Positions 1 through 14,500 of a stretch of DNA of 64,000 nucleotides are shown here, piece by piece; the first letter of the stretch is position 1; the number at the start of each line of letters is the position of its first letter. Location of the stretch: contig OZ024743.1 in the NCBI GenBank assembly GCA_964016885.1, forward strand, positions 182,776,001 through 182,840,000. The letters are read 5' to 3'. Position numbers and translations under genes: made by a program. Under the pieces are notes generated by a model, which was not told the origin of the DNA, searched no databases, and saw only the letters and a list, made by a program, of their open reading frames with translations. The DNA is from Eledone cirrhosa (taxonomy: Eukaryota).

Positions 1-3000
1 TTTACAGCTAGATGTCCTTCCTAACATCAACCACTTTACAGTACTATTTACAGCTAGATGTCCTTCCTAACATCAACCACTTTACAGTACTATTTACAGC
101 TAGATGTCCTTCCTAACATCAACTACTTTACAGTACTATCTACAGCTAGATGTCCTCCCCAACACCAATCACTTTACAGTACTATTTACAGCTAGATGTC
201 CTTCCTAACACCAACCACATTACAGTACTATTTACAGCTAGATGTCCTTCCTAACACCAACCACTTTACAGTACTATTTACAGCTAGATGTCCTCCCCAA
301 CACCAACCACTTTACAGTACTATTTACAGCTAGATGTCCTTCCTAACACCAACCACTTTACAGTACTATTTACAGCTAGATGTCCTTCCTAACACCAACC
401 ACTTTACAGTACTATCTACAGCTAGATGTTCTTCCTAACATCAACCACTTTACAGTACTATCTACAGCTAGATGTCCTCCCCAACACCAACTACTTTACA
501 GTACTATCTACAGCTAGATGTCCTCCCTAACACCAACCACTTTACAGTACTATCTACAGCTAGATGTCCTTCCCAACACCAACCACTTTACAGTACTATC
601 TACAGCTAGATGTCCTTCCTAACATCAACCACATTACAGTACTATCTACAGCTAGATGTCCTTCCTAACATCAACTACTTTACAGTACTATCTACAGCTA
701 GATGTCCTTCCTAACACCAACACTTTACAGTACTATCTACAGCTAGATGTCCTTCCTAACATCAACCACATTACAGTACTATCTACAGCTAGATGTCCTC
801 CCTAACACCAACCACTTTACAGTACTATCTACAGCTAGATGTCCTTCCTAACATCAACTACTTTACAGTACTATCTACAGCTAGATGTCCTTCCTAACAT
901 CAACTACTTTACAGTACTATCTACAGCTAGATGTCCTTCCCAACACCAACCACTTTGCAGTACTATTTACAGCTAGATGTCCTTCCTGACATCAACCACT
1001 TTACAGTACTATTTACAGCTAGATGTCCTCCCTAACACCAACCACTTTACAGTACTATTTACAGCTAGATGTCCTTCCCAACACCAACCACTTTACAGTA
1101 CTATCTACAGCTAGATGTCCTTCCTAACATCAACCACATTACAGTACTATCTACAGCTAGATGTCCTTCCTAACATCAACTACTTTACAGTACTATCTAC
1201 AGCTAGATGTCCTTCCCAACACCAACCACTTTACAGTACTATTTACAGCTAGATGTCCTTCCTGACATCAACCACTTTACAGTACTATTTACAGCTAGAT
1301 GTCCTTCCTAACACCAACCACTTTCCAGTACTATCTACAGCTAGATGTCCTCCCTAACACCAACCACTTTACAGTACTATCTACAGCTAGATGTCCTCCC
1401 TAACATCAACCACTTTACAGTACTATTTACAGCTAGATGTCCTCCCTAACATCAACCACTTTACAGAACTATTTACAGCTAGATGTCCTTCCTAACATCA
1501 ACCACTTTACAGTACTATCTACAGCTAGATGTCCTTCCTAACACCAACTACTTTACAGTACTATCTACAGCTAGATGTCCTCCCTAACATCAACCACTTT
1601 ACAGTACTATTTACAGCTAGATGTCCTTCCTAACACCAACTACTTTACAGTACTATCTACAGCTAGATGTCCTTCCTAACACCAACCACATTACAATACT
1701 ATCTACAGCTAGATGTTCTTCCTAACATCAACCACTTTACAGTACTATCTACAGCTAGATGTCCTCCATAACACCAACCACATTACAGTACTATCTACAG
1801 CTAGATGTCCTCCCTAACATCAACCACATTACAGTACTATCTACAGCTAGATGTCCTTCCTAACACCAACCACTTTACAGTACTATTTACAGCTAGATGT
1901 CCTTCCTAACACCAACTACTTTACAGTACTATCTACAGCTAGATGTCCTTCCTGACATCAACCACTTTACAGTATTATTTACAGCTAGATGTCCTTCCTA
2001 ACACCAACCACTTTACAGTACTATCTACAGCTAGATGTCCTTCCTAACATCAACCACTTTACAGTACTATCTACAGCTAGATGTCCTTCCTAACACCAAC
2101 CACTTTACAGTACTATTTACAGCTAGATGTCCTTCCTAACATCAACCACATTACAGTACTATCTACAGCTAGATGTCCTTCCTGACATCAACCACTTTAC
2201 AGTACTATTTACAGCTAGATGTCCTTCCTAACATCAACCACATTACAGTACTATCTACAGCTAGATGTCCTTCCTGACATCAACCACTTTACAGTACTAT
2301 TTACAGCTAGATGTCCTTCCTAACACCAACCACATTACAGTACTATCTACAGCTAGATGTCCTTCCTAACATCAACTACTTTACAGTACTATCTACAGCT
2401 AGATGTCCTTCCTAACACCAACACTTTACAGTACTATCTACAGCTAGATGTCCTTCCTAACATCAACCACATTACAGTACTATCTACAGCTAGATGTCCT
2501 CCCTAACACCAACCACTTTACAGTACTATCTACAGCTAGATGTCCTTCCTAACATCAACTACTTTACAGTACTATCTACAGCTAGATGTCCTTCCTAACA
2601 TCAACTACTTTACAGTACTATCTACAGCTAGATGTCCTTCCTAACATCAACTACTTTACAGTACTATCTACAGCTAGATGTCCTTCCCAACACCAACCAC
2701 TTTACAGTACTATTTACAGCTAGATGTCCTTCCTGACATCAACCACTTTACAGTACTATTTACAGCTAGATGTCCTCCCTAACACCAACCACTTTACAGT
2801 ACTATTTACAGCTAGATGTCCTTCCCAACACCAACCACTTTACAGTACTATCTACAGCTAGATGTCCTTCCTAACATCAACCACATTACAGTACTATCTA
2901 CAGCTAGATGTCCTTCCTAACATCAACTACTTTACAGTACTATCTACAGCTAGATGTCCTTCCCAACACCAACCACTTTACAGTACTATTTACAGCTAGA

Positions 3001-6000
3001 TGTCCTTCCTGACATCAACCACTTTACAGTACTATTTACAGCTAGATGTCCTTCCTAACACCAACCACATTACAGTACTATCTACAGCTAGATGTCCTTC
3101 CTTACACCAACACTTTACAGTACTATCTACAGCTAGATGTCCTTCCTAACATCAACCACATTACAGTACTATCTACAGCTAGATGTCCTTCCTAACACCA
3201 ACCACTTTACAGTACTATTTACAGCTAGATGTCCTTCCTAACATCAACCACTTTACAGTACTATTTACAGCTAGATGTCCTTCCTAACATCAACCACTTT
3301 ACAGTACTATTTACAGCTAGATGTCCTTCCTAACATCAACTACTTTACAGTACTATCTACAGCTAGATGTCCTCCCCAACACCAATCACTTTACAGTACT
3401 ATTTACAGCTAGATGTCCTTCCTAACACCAACCACATTACAGTACTATTTACAGCTAGATGTCCTTCCTAACACCAACCACTTTACAGTACTATTTACAG
3501 CTAGATGTCCTCCCCAACACCAACCACTTTACAGTACTATTTACAGCTAGATGTCCTTCCTAACACCAACCACTTTACAGTACTATTTACAGCTAGATGT
3601 CCTTCCTGACATCAACCACTTTACAGTACTATCTACAGCTAGATGTCCTTCCTAACACCAACCACTTTACAGTACTATTTACAGCTAGATGTCCTTCCTG
3701 ACATCAACCACTTTACAGTACTATTTACAGCTAGATGTCCTTCCTAACACCAACCACATTACAGTACTATCTACAGCTAGATGTCCTTCCTGACACCAAC
3801 CACTTTACAGTACTATTTACAGCTAGATGTCCTTCCTAACATCAACTACTTTACAGTACTATTTACAGCTAGATGTCCTCCCTAACACCAACCACTTTAC
3901 AGTACTATCTACAGCTAGATGTCCTTCCTAACACCAACCACTTTACAGTACTATCTACAGCTAGATGTCCTCCCTAACACCAACCACTTTACAGTACTAT
4001 CTACAGCTAGATGTCCTTCCTAACACCAACCACTTTACAGTACTATTTACAGCTAGATGTCCTTCCTAACACCAACCACTTTACAGTACTATCTACAGCT
4101 AGATGTCCTCCCTAACATCAACCACTTTACAGTACTATCTACAGCTAGATGTCCTTCCTAACATCAACCACTTTACAGTACTATTTACAGCTAGACGTCC
4201 TTCCTAACATCAACCACATTACAGTACTATCTACAGCTAGATGTCCTCCCTAACACCAACCACATTACAGTACTATCTACAGCAAGATGTCCTTCCTAAC
4301 ATCAACCACTTTACAGTACTATTTACAGCTAGATGTCCTTCCTAACATCAACCACTTTACAGTAATATCTACAGCTAGATGTCCTCCCTAACACCAACCA
4401 CTTTACAGTACTATTTACAGCTAGATGTCCTCCATAACACCAACCACATTACAGTACTATCTACAGCTAGATGTCCTTCCTAACACCAACCACTTTACAG
4501 TACTATCTACAGCTAGATGTCCTTCCTAACACCAACCACTTTACAGTACTATCTACAGCTAGATGTCCTTCCTAACACCAACCACTTTACAGTACTATTT
4601 ACAGCTAGATGTCCTCCATAACACCAACTACTTTACAGTACTATTTACAGCTAGATGTCCTTCCTGACATCAACCACTTTACAGTACTATTTACAGCTAG
4701 ATGTCCTCCCTAACATCAACCACTTTACAGTACTATTTACAGCTAGATGTCCTCCCTAACATCAACCACATTACAGTACTATCTACAGCTAGATGTCCTT
4801 CCTGACATCAACCACTTTACAGTACTATTTACAGCTAGATGTCCTTCCTAACACCAACCACATTACAGTACTATCTACAGCTAGATGTCCTTCCTAACAT
4901 CAACTACTTTACAGTACTATCTACAGCTAGATGTTCTTCCTAACACCAACCACATTACAGTACTATTTACAGCTAGATGTCCTTCCTAACACCAACCACA
5001 TTACAGTACTATCTACAGCTAGATGTTCTTCCTAACACCAACCACTTTACAGTACTATCTACAGCTAGATGTCCTCCCTAACACCAACCACTTTACAGTA
5101 CTATTTACAGCTAGATGTCCTTCCTGACATCAACCACATTACAGTACTATCTACAGCTAGATGTCCTTCCTAACACCAACCACATTACAGTACTATCTAC
5201 AGCTAGATGTTCTTCCTAACACCAACCACTTTACAGTACTATTTACAGCTAGATGTCCCTCCTGACATCAACCACATTACAGTACTATCTACAGCTAGAT
5301 GTCCTTCCTAACATCAACCACTTTACAGTACTATCTACAGCTAGATGTCCTTCCTAACACCAACCACTTTACAGTACTATCTACAGCTAGATGTCCTTCC
5401 TAACACCAACCACTTTACAGTACTATCTACAGCTAGATGTCCTTCCTAACACCAACTACTTTACAGTACTATCTACAGCTAGATGTCCTCCCTAACACCA
5501 ACCACTTTACAGTACTATCTACAGCTAGATGTCCTTCCTAACACCAACCACTTTACAGTACTATTTACAGCTAGATGTCCTTCCTAACATCAACTACTTT
5601 ACAGTACTATTTACAGCTAGATGTCCTCCCTAACACCAACCACTTTACAGTACTATTTACAGCTAGATGTCCTTCCTAACATCAACTACTTTACAGTACT
5701 ATTTACAGCTAGATGTCCTCCCTAACACCAACCACTTTACAGTACTATCTACAGCTAGATGTCCTTCCTAACATCAACTACTTTACAGTACTATTTACAG
5801 CTAGATGTCCTCCCTAACACCAACCACTTTACAGTACTATTTACAGCTAGATGTCCTTCCTAACACCAACCACTTTACAGTACTATCTACAGCTAGATGT
5901 CCTTCCTAACATCAACCACTTTACAGTACTATCTACAGCTTGATGTCCTCCCTAACACCAACCACTTTACAGTACTATCTACAGCTAGATGTCCTTCCTA

Positions 6001-6344
6001 ACATCAACCACTTTACAGTACTATCTACAGCTAGATGTCCTTCCTAACATCAACCACTTTACAGTACTATTTACAGCTAGATGTCCTCCCTAACACCAAC
6101 CACTTTACAGTACTATCTACAGCTAGATGTCCTCCCTAACACCAACCACTTTACAGTACTATCTACAGCTAGATGTCCTTCCTAACATCAACCACTTTAC
6201 AGTACTATTTACAGCTAGATGTCCTCCCTAACACCAACCACTTTACAGTACTATCTACAGCTAGATGTCCTCCCTAACACCAACCACTTTACAGTACTAT
6301 CTACAGCTAGATGTTCTTCCTGACATCAACCACTTTACAGTACT
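1..6344. repeat. 46-bp tandem satellite array (~138 units, truncated by window start)
   Basis: Unit TTTACAGCTAGATGTCCTTCCTAACAYCAACCACTTTACAGTACTA repeated head-to-tail with point variants and no spacers. Confidence 0.99.
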
Positions 6345-8465
6345 GTGCAATTTGCAATCATATCATATTACTGCGATGAATTAAAGAGATCCTACAAAAA
6401 CAATTTGAAGAAAGTTGAAATGTATCCACCAAGCTAACTTCCTTTACATACACTACATAAAATTGATAAAGTAGGGTGGAGATAAAATTGACCTCAGTGG
6501 GATTGGATAACATCCATGAGTTTGGCTGGTCTCGCTTGGGGATCCAGCTGGATTAGCTGAAGAGGGTTGCTTCTAACAAGACCCACGGGAAGGAGTGTTT
6601 GAGAACTCTGACCACCCCCACGAGCTTCACAGTAATAAGTGGGCAAAGAAGAAGAAAAAAGAAGGGACTGGAACTCAGAACATTCTATTTGATGACTCAA
6701 GCACGTTTATATATAACTCCCACCTCACAAAAAAAAACTCAGAATACTTCTCTTACTGAAGTATTGAAAATAACTCCATATATTAATATACTAAACTATT
6801 TATTGAATTATGGAAAATGTTATAAGAGCTGCTTATCTACTAAAAGTAGTTATGTCCCTTATATCACATCAGCAATGGCTGCAGAAAGATATAGTGTTTG
6901 TCTTTAAACTGATTATATCTGAAACTTTCGTTATCACAAAAGTCTCCCTTTGTTTCTTCCACACAACAAAATTTACAGACAGCTTATTAATCTGACAGTG
7001 CTGCTACATACTTAGGGAAGTCAGTTGGTATATATTAATATCGACGTGGACTGGGGCATTTGAGAGTTTAGTTCCTTAACTGCAGACGCAATAGAGTATT
7101 TTTAACATGTTATTAACTGCCAACCTACTTGGCTCATATTCTATTTTACCTTTGCTATACAATCGCCCATTTTTCTTCTCTGCTACACAACCGCCTATTC
7201 ATGCTGCTTTATTTTTCTTTGTGTTAGTCAAAGTTTATAGCTGGTGCAGTATGGCTGAATGGCTAAAACATTTAAAAGTTTGCTTCACAACCACAAGGCC
7301 ACAGGTTCAATCTATTTATATGGCATCTTGGGTATTTTTTACCATAGCCTCAGGTTGACCTAAACCTTCTGAGTGAAATTGTGTAGACAGAAACTGTATG
7401 GAAGCCTGTCAGATGGACTGTAGTGGTAATTTAAAGAGCCAGCCAATGTCACACAATGTCATGCTGAATCTCCCTGGGAGAACATGTGATATACTCAACC
7501 ACTTCCATGTTAACAAGCAGTTGATCAAATAACTGGGACACTCATCATGGAAAGTGACAGAGATTCATTTTATAATTCATTAGTAAAAGTGTTTAGGTAA
7601 AGATTTGGTAGTGTTGGTGCTATGATCAAATACACCCAGTACACTCTGTAAAGTGGTAATGCTGGTGTCATGATAAAATACACCCAGTACACTCTATAAA
7701 CTGGTAAAATTAGTGGTTGTAGTGTGTTAATCAGACAGATGGTTTTCTTCTGTGTGTGCTCTAGGATCTATACATGGTAAATCACCATCCCAGATATGTT
7801 CACTGTTCTCCAATCTGGACTTTACCTAATCAATACTCAAACAATCATATAAATGTGTATGTTATAAATATGTTATAAATATGTCAGTAAAGTCATTGAT
7901 GCTGACTCTACATAGTTGCTTGACCTGCTAAAAATACCGGGCCATGTGGAGTCATAGTATAGGATCAGATCATTGCACCAATTCAGGAGCTGGAATAAGT
8001 GTAGGACAGGTCCCCTAGTTTCTCCTTTTCCTTACCAAGTCTTAGTGTCACATTTCACAAGGCAACTAAAAGGTTTTAGAGCTTTCCAAGACTGGCTTTG
8101 GTTCTATGAAACAAAACAAACCATTTTAAATGCTTTCTATTTAAATTCAAATGTCTCAACGTGATTTTATATAAAAACCATACGTTTACTTAGTAATGAA
8201 ATAATAATTTTAGTAAATCTTTCAAAATTCTTCATTAATTATTTGAAATACAGTGTTCCTATTTGAATTAAAATGTTTCCATATAATTTTATATAAGAAC
8301 AATATGTAAAGTTAAATTTTAGTAAATCTCTCAAAATTCTTCATTAATTATTTTAAAATTGGATGAAAGCTTTTGCTGTATTCTACAAGACACATCTAAT
8401 TTCAATAATTAATTAAAATATAATATAAACGGTAAATTATTTAAAATAAGTTAATGTGTACTTAC

Positions 8466-8592
8466 CATCTTTGCCTGCCATGTACTGGACATCAGAAATG
8501 AAAATATTTGGGAAACCATCATCAAAGCTGCCCCAGTTAATGGTATTACGTAACTGAACTTGTCGTTTGGTACGTCGAGATTTTTTAACAGC
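8466..8592 (-). CDS. Internal exon of ribose-phosphate pyrophosphokinase, class II/PRS4-like
   Basis: tttactcttag|GCT ... GATG|gtaagt; encodes AVKKSRRTKRQVQLRNTINWGSFDDGFPNIFISDVQYMAGKD, matching from memory the plant PRS3/4 motif INWRSFxDGFPNLFI. Confidence 0.88.
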
Positions 8593-9559
8593 CTAAGAGT
8601 AAATGGAATGTTTTACACCAATGAATATAGGGTGTAAAATAGGTGTGGAGGTGGGGTACTGAAAAAGCAAGAGAAGTTGTGATGGAATGTTTTAATATAA
8701 ACAGTTTACAACAGGTAGTTATGTGTAGTAACACTAAGGGTGGTTTCAGGTGGATACCTATCAAAAAGATTAAACTGATATTGACTTCCTGATTCAAACA
8801 TTGAACAGGACAACTTACTTGACATCCAGCACTTAATACTGTTGTTGGCATCTGTGTGCATGTGCATGTGTCTGTGTGTATATCATGACTCAGACACTGT
8901 TCACTTTCCTGACATTTGTACATTATTCTATGTACTGTACATGCACCTTTGATGAGTCGTAGTGCACCTGAGCACTGTACACAATAATTTACATTATTAT
9001 TATTATTAGCCACACATCAATCTCACAGAGCAGTAGGTGATGTTAGAATCCAGTGTGCCTTCTTGTTCAGCTATAACTGTGTAGTAATAGCATGGCCAAA
9101 TAGTTAAGAAGTTTCCTTCCCAATCGTTAGATCCCAGGTTTAATCCCACTGTGTGACATTTTGGACATGTCTTTTCCTATAACCTTGGGTTGATCCCTGC
9201 CTTGTCAGTGAAACTGTCTGGAAGCCTGTGGGGTTGACTGGACTTGAGTTTGTCAGCCTTATCACACACTATGTCATGCTGAATCTCCCTGAGAACTATG
9301 TTAAGGGTACTCATGTCTGTGAAATGCTCAGCCACTTCCACTATAATACAAGATAGACTGTACCTGTAATTCAAAAGGATCAGCCTTGTCACACATTGTG
9401 TCTTGCTGAATCTCCCTGAGAATTAAATTAGGGGTACATGTGTTTGTGGAATGCTCAGCCACTTACATGTTGATTTAATGAGCAAAGTTTACTGTTGATT
9501 GAACAACTAGGACACTTACCTTCAAAACCAATGGTGGTCCATTCCATCAGTTATAAATT

Positions 9560-9787
9560 TTAACCTTTTAACATTTACATTACTCTATATTGACTATTGT
9601 ATTTTCATGGTAAAGTCTTTATCTCACATAATTATTTCACATAATATTGAATCTACGAGATTTTGATATTATTTATTTTAAAACAATACTTTAATGTCAG
9701 TATGAGTATCCGGTTACAACCAGTTTGAACAGAAATAGGTGAGAGAATTCTGGCTGGATACGGCCGGTTTAACTGCTAAAGGGTTAA
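9560..9787. mobile_element. piggyBac-like MITE
   Basis: TTAA-CCTTTTAACATTT ... TGCTAAAGGG-TTAA; same family as 45461 and 45848. Confidence 0.7.
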
Positions 9788-10499
9788 ACTGGTGAAAATA
9801 AAAGTCAACATTACAAATCTAAAAAAATATCTCCAAATTTAGGTGTCAACTATTAAATGGAAGCCATTACCATGGATTGTAATCAAATGGAACCACCAGC
9901 CTAACAAGGTCCTGATGTAGAGAGGGACTGATGTAGATATGGAGGGGGGACTGATGTAGATATGGAGGGGGGGGGGGGTGGGGGGTGATGTAAATATGGA
10001 GCTTCCAGTGTGATTGAACCCAGGACCTCATATTGCAAAGCAAACATCTTCACTATCAGGCCATGTTACATCCACATATTTACAGTAGGACTTATTTAAC
10101 ATCACTTGTTTTAGCATTGTGAGTTCAGTTGCAAATGTTTTCTTTTCTTCCTAATCATCATCATTTAATGTTCACTTTCCCTGCTAGCAAGGGTTGGATA
10201 GGTCTATATAGACCAAGTCAGTACTGAAGTGGGGCTAAGGACCTCCCAGACTGGCCATGTGTTGTCTGCATCTTGCTTACATACGGTCATACATTCTATT
10301 AAGTGCAGAGATGTCACAACTTCTCACTACTTATAAAAATTCACATAGGTTTGAAAACAATATTCCTTCTACTTGTTCTCCTCATCGATAACGAGGTCTC
10401 ATTCAGGCGTTGATTTTAGCCATAGTAACCCCAAGATCTAAGACATGGTCGACCGACCTCTCCATCTAGGACAGTGAGACATGGTCAACTGACCTCCCC

Positions 10500-10790
10500 T
10501 TACAGAATGGACTAGGTGCTTATTTGTCATGGCACCAGCACCACTACCTTACAGGATGGACTGGGTGCTTTGTTCTGTCACCAGCACTACTACCTTACAG
10601 GATGGACTGGGTGCTTTGTTCTGTCACCAGCACTACTACCTTACAGGATGGACTGGGTGCTTTGTTCTGTCACCAGCACTACTACCTTACAGGATGGACT
10701 GGGTGCTTTGTTCTGTCACCAGCACTACCACCTTACAAGATTGGGCTGGGTGCTTTTTATCATGGCACCAGTACTACCACCTTACAGTGT
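10500..10790. repeat. 46-bp minisatellite (about 5-6 units) inside an RTE/SINE-tail-type repeat
   Basis: Unit CACCAGCACTACTACCTTACAGGATGGACTGGGTGCTTTGTTCTGT. Confidence 0.9.
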
Positions 10791-10898
10791 AGGCTAAGTG
10801 AGCTTTATCCTCTTATCATCATCAGTTTTAATTTTACTGTGTGTCCACACAGCATTACTGAGCACAGCTGTGTTCCTCGAGTATCTGCAGTGTTATTA

Positions 10899-11040
10899 AG
10901 ACATGGTCAACTGACCTCCCTATCTAGGACAGTGAGACATGGTCAACTGCCCTCCCCATCTAGGACAGTATTGGTAAACTGACCTCCCCATCTAAGACAG
11001 TGAGACATGGTCAACTGACCTCCCCATCTAGAAGGACAGT
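10899..11040. repeat. ~36-bp minisatellite
   Basis: AGACATGGTCAACTGACCTCCCCATCTAGGACAGTG about 4 times; also at 10441-10500. Confidence 0.8.
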
Positions 11041-11209
11041 AAGTACTAATTAACTGGTCAGTATTGACCCATCCAACCCATGCCAATATAGAAAACAGAC
11101 ATATGATGATGAATATCTTTAATGTCCATGTGTTACCATATTTGCCTTTCTTTCTGGTTATTGAGAGAGTTCTCAGTAAAACATGTCTAAACAATTAAAT
11201 ATTACTTAC

Positions 11210-11257
11210 TGAACATGAAGTTGAGGCTTCTGGACTCATTTCAGAATTGCTGGATTC
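11210..11257 (-). CDS. Probable 48-nt phase-0 exon of the PRS4-like gene
   Basis: attattag|GAA...TCA|gtaagt; ESSNSEMSPEASTSCS; keeps frame between the two phase-0 neighbouring exons; no homology support. Confidence 0.6.
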
Positions 11258-11559
11258 CTAATAATAATGATAATAATAATAGTAATAATAATGCTTTCTT
11301 TATTAACCACAAGGGTTAACACAAAGTAAGACATTAAGTACAATACAGGACAATACAAGACGGCACAAATGGGCATTTCTGCATGTAAAAAAAAAAAAAA
11401 AATCAGAGGATGTAACAAAAGAAGAAACAATGAAAAATTCCCCAACAAGGGGGAGACTTCCGAGGGACATCCGTGGAGAAAGCCCATTAAAAAAGCCACG
11501 GTGACTCTGACGACCAGGGCAAGTGCCCTCCCCCAGTTTTCCACCTTCAATTTATAGGC

Positions 11560-14500
11560 ACATACTCAGAGTAGGCCCATTTACACGGGCCATTCTTGCC
11601 TCTCTCACCCATCTTTCAACAAAATGTTGGGAAAAGAACCTAGACGCCTAGAGTTTCCCTAAGCACGTCGTCACTCTTCCTCTCCACTAATCCTCTATAG
11701 AACGCCAAGGTGGAGTTTCCACCGATCACATTGCCCGACTGGTCGAGGGTTGTGAGCGCCTGAATACATTCTAGTCTCCAAGCGCTCCCTCTCGGTCTTC
11801 GCTTGACCCAAGACTGCAGCTCCGTCATGGAGACGAGCTGGGGAAAGACGCGTCTAGCAAACGGCGACCATACCTGATCACTGTCGAGGAAGAGGTGGAG
11901 ATGCCATAGCCAGAGCGCGCGTCTGCACATCATCAGCCATGGCATGCCCAGCCCTCCACATAACGGGTGTTGACAGCAGATGGACCGCCTGACCATCGGA
12001 GCGTGTCCCTTCCAGCGCAGTCAGGCAAGGCTTAGGACAAGGCACGACGGTCAGGCGGGAGTAGATGACGGACGCGATGTACGCATTTGCCACCTCCGCT
12101 CGATCTTTCAGGGATAGCTTCCTCTCTGCCCATTTCTGGGTGAGAGAAGCCATCCTGCTCGTCACCTCGTCCCAGTTTTTGTCCGTCTGGAGGTCTGGAC
12201 CAAACCAGACCCCTTGCAATTTAACCGGTCCATCCGTCCAGCGCCCGACGACGCCGTTGGACGGCATGGACCTGCCTCTCCAGGTGCCGAGCTGCAGGCC
12301 CACCGACTTTTCCTGGTTAATCATTGCTCCTGTCACCGCTTCGTATTCTTAGTGTAGTGCCGATCACCTCGATGTGTTTGGCGTTCGACACCACTACGGT
12401 GACATCGTCCACATATGCTGACACGGATCTTCCGCATCCTAGTTCGCGCGGGATGCCCCTCAACGTCTCCAGTTTGTGCAGTAATGGCTCGAGAGTCAAT
12501 ACGTACAAGAGGGACATCCCTGGCGGACCTAGTGCATGATGTTCAACGGTTCCAAAAGGTGACCGTTCACTCTCACCACAGAGCAGATGTCGCTGTGCAT
12601 GGCAGCGATCCAGCCTCTGAAGACGGGCCCAAAGCCAGCCACCCTCAGGACTGCCACCAGATAATGATGGTCGACCCTATCAAAAGCTTTCGACTGATCT
12701 AAATTGATCAAGGACCCACCCATGCCAGGTTCCCTAGCTACCCTCTCCACGATGTATCGCATGAGGTGGAGGTTGTCATGGATGGATCTGTCTGGAATGG
12801 CGCATGTCAGCGCCTCTCCCACCAAACCAACGACAAGCGCCAACCTCTTTGCTAGCACCTTGGCCAAAATCTTGAACTCTGTGTTTAGCAGAGTTATGGG
12901 CCTGAAATTATCTATGTTATCCCCCTTGTTCGGATCCTTTCTCAGCAGCACCACCACTCCTCGGCTCACAGAGCTGGGAATTCTCCCGTTCTGTTGCCAG
13001 TCGCAGTAGACGTCCGCCAAGAGGCGTCCGAACAAGTCTGGCATCTGTACGTAAAGTTCATAGGGCAGACCATCCAAACCAGGCGATTTACTCCTTGTGC
13101 AGCCAGTCATTGCCTCCCGCACTTCAGCGGCTGTTATCGGCTTTTCACAACACTCCGCCTCAGTGGCCGAGAGCCGCGGCAGTCCGTCGAGGTAGACACT
13201 AAAGTCCATCCCTCGATCCGGCCCGCCCCTGCCCCCGAACAGCTGAGCGAAGTGTCGCTGAAAAGCTTCATACATTTGCCCGGGATCGAGTAGCATGCGC
13301 CCGTCGTGGTCCACCAAAGACAGGATCGTGGCTTCGTTGCCACGACGCACCTCCACCACTTGGGCCCATTGAACGGCTTTCATCCCCTCGTGTCTGAGAG
13401 CACACACCCTAGCTCTGACAATGCAGCCTTCATGCTTTGCATTGAAGAATTGGTCAAGGGCCTATTTCGCCACAAGTACGTCGGTCGCGATGCCTTTACT
13501 AAGCACCTCGTCTAATTTTCTAACTAGTTCTCCCTCTGCTTTACTGCTAAAGCCTTACTAAACCTAATGGACGCTATTTTAATCGCTCTTTTCAGAGCAA
13601 ACCACCATTTGTTGTTGACGATGGCCCCCTCAACACCTGCTTAACTAATTCGGTCTCTGTAGGTCTTGCGCACTGTTAATGACGCGTTTAGCTTCCAGTA
13701 GCCGGGTCCCTGTCTATGAAGCCTATCTAAGTCAACCTCACAGATCACAAATTTGTGGTCCATGTAGTCGACTATTTTGAAATGTGGACAGCCTATGCTA
13801 GACCTATCTATTTCCGACATGTCGATATGTAACACAAACTTCAAAAAACCCGACAACCACCTGATCACCTATAGATCAGGGGAGCATTCTCGTCAGATAG
13901 ATTTTATCCTCATCAGAGGACGTGACAGATGGACGGTCGTAAACACAACAGCCTACTCTAGTGAGGAATGTACCAGCTTAGTTGTCAGAGAACTTCAAAC
14001 ATGTGATGCATATGAAGGATGACAGCTGCATAAAAAGGTGCAGAGCACTAGAAGTCAGTGGAAACCACGGAGTGGGGAGACCCAAGAAGACTTGGGATGA
14101 GGTGATAAAAGCCGACCTTACCCAATTACACCTCTCAAAGGCGTTGACACACGACCGTGACCTCTGGCGTCACGCAGTAATACAGAAGACCCGACCTCCC
14201 ATGGGTACAAGCTGAAGCATATAGACAATATGCCCCACACCCTCCCACTGCGAGGTGGTCATGGAGGTGCCACAGCAAAATAGCACCCAGCCCACACTGT
14301 AAAGTGGACGTGCAGGCGCCACGGAAAAAAGCACCCAGCACTCACTGTAAATGAGGTTGGTGTTAGGAAGGGCATCCAGCTGTAGAAATCAAGCCAGAAT
14401 CAGTTCCTGTATGAGCAAGGCATGGTCAGCCGACCAGACACTGCCTACAACAGAACAACCCGCCTAACCCATGCTAGCATGGAAGAACGGACGTAAAACG

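Noticed and set aside
1-6344. CRISPR-like array
   Set aside because: Contiguous units without unique spacers, no cas genes, eukaryotic context
6345-8460. Further PRS exons
   Set aside because: No matching coding segment seen; region holds RTE/SINE debris, so the next exon is probably left of the window
10516-10982. Repetitive ORFs in three frames
   Set aside because: Translation of a 46-bp minisatellite
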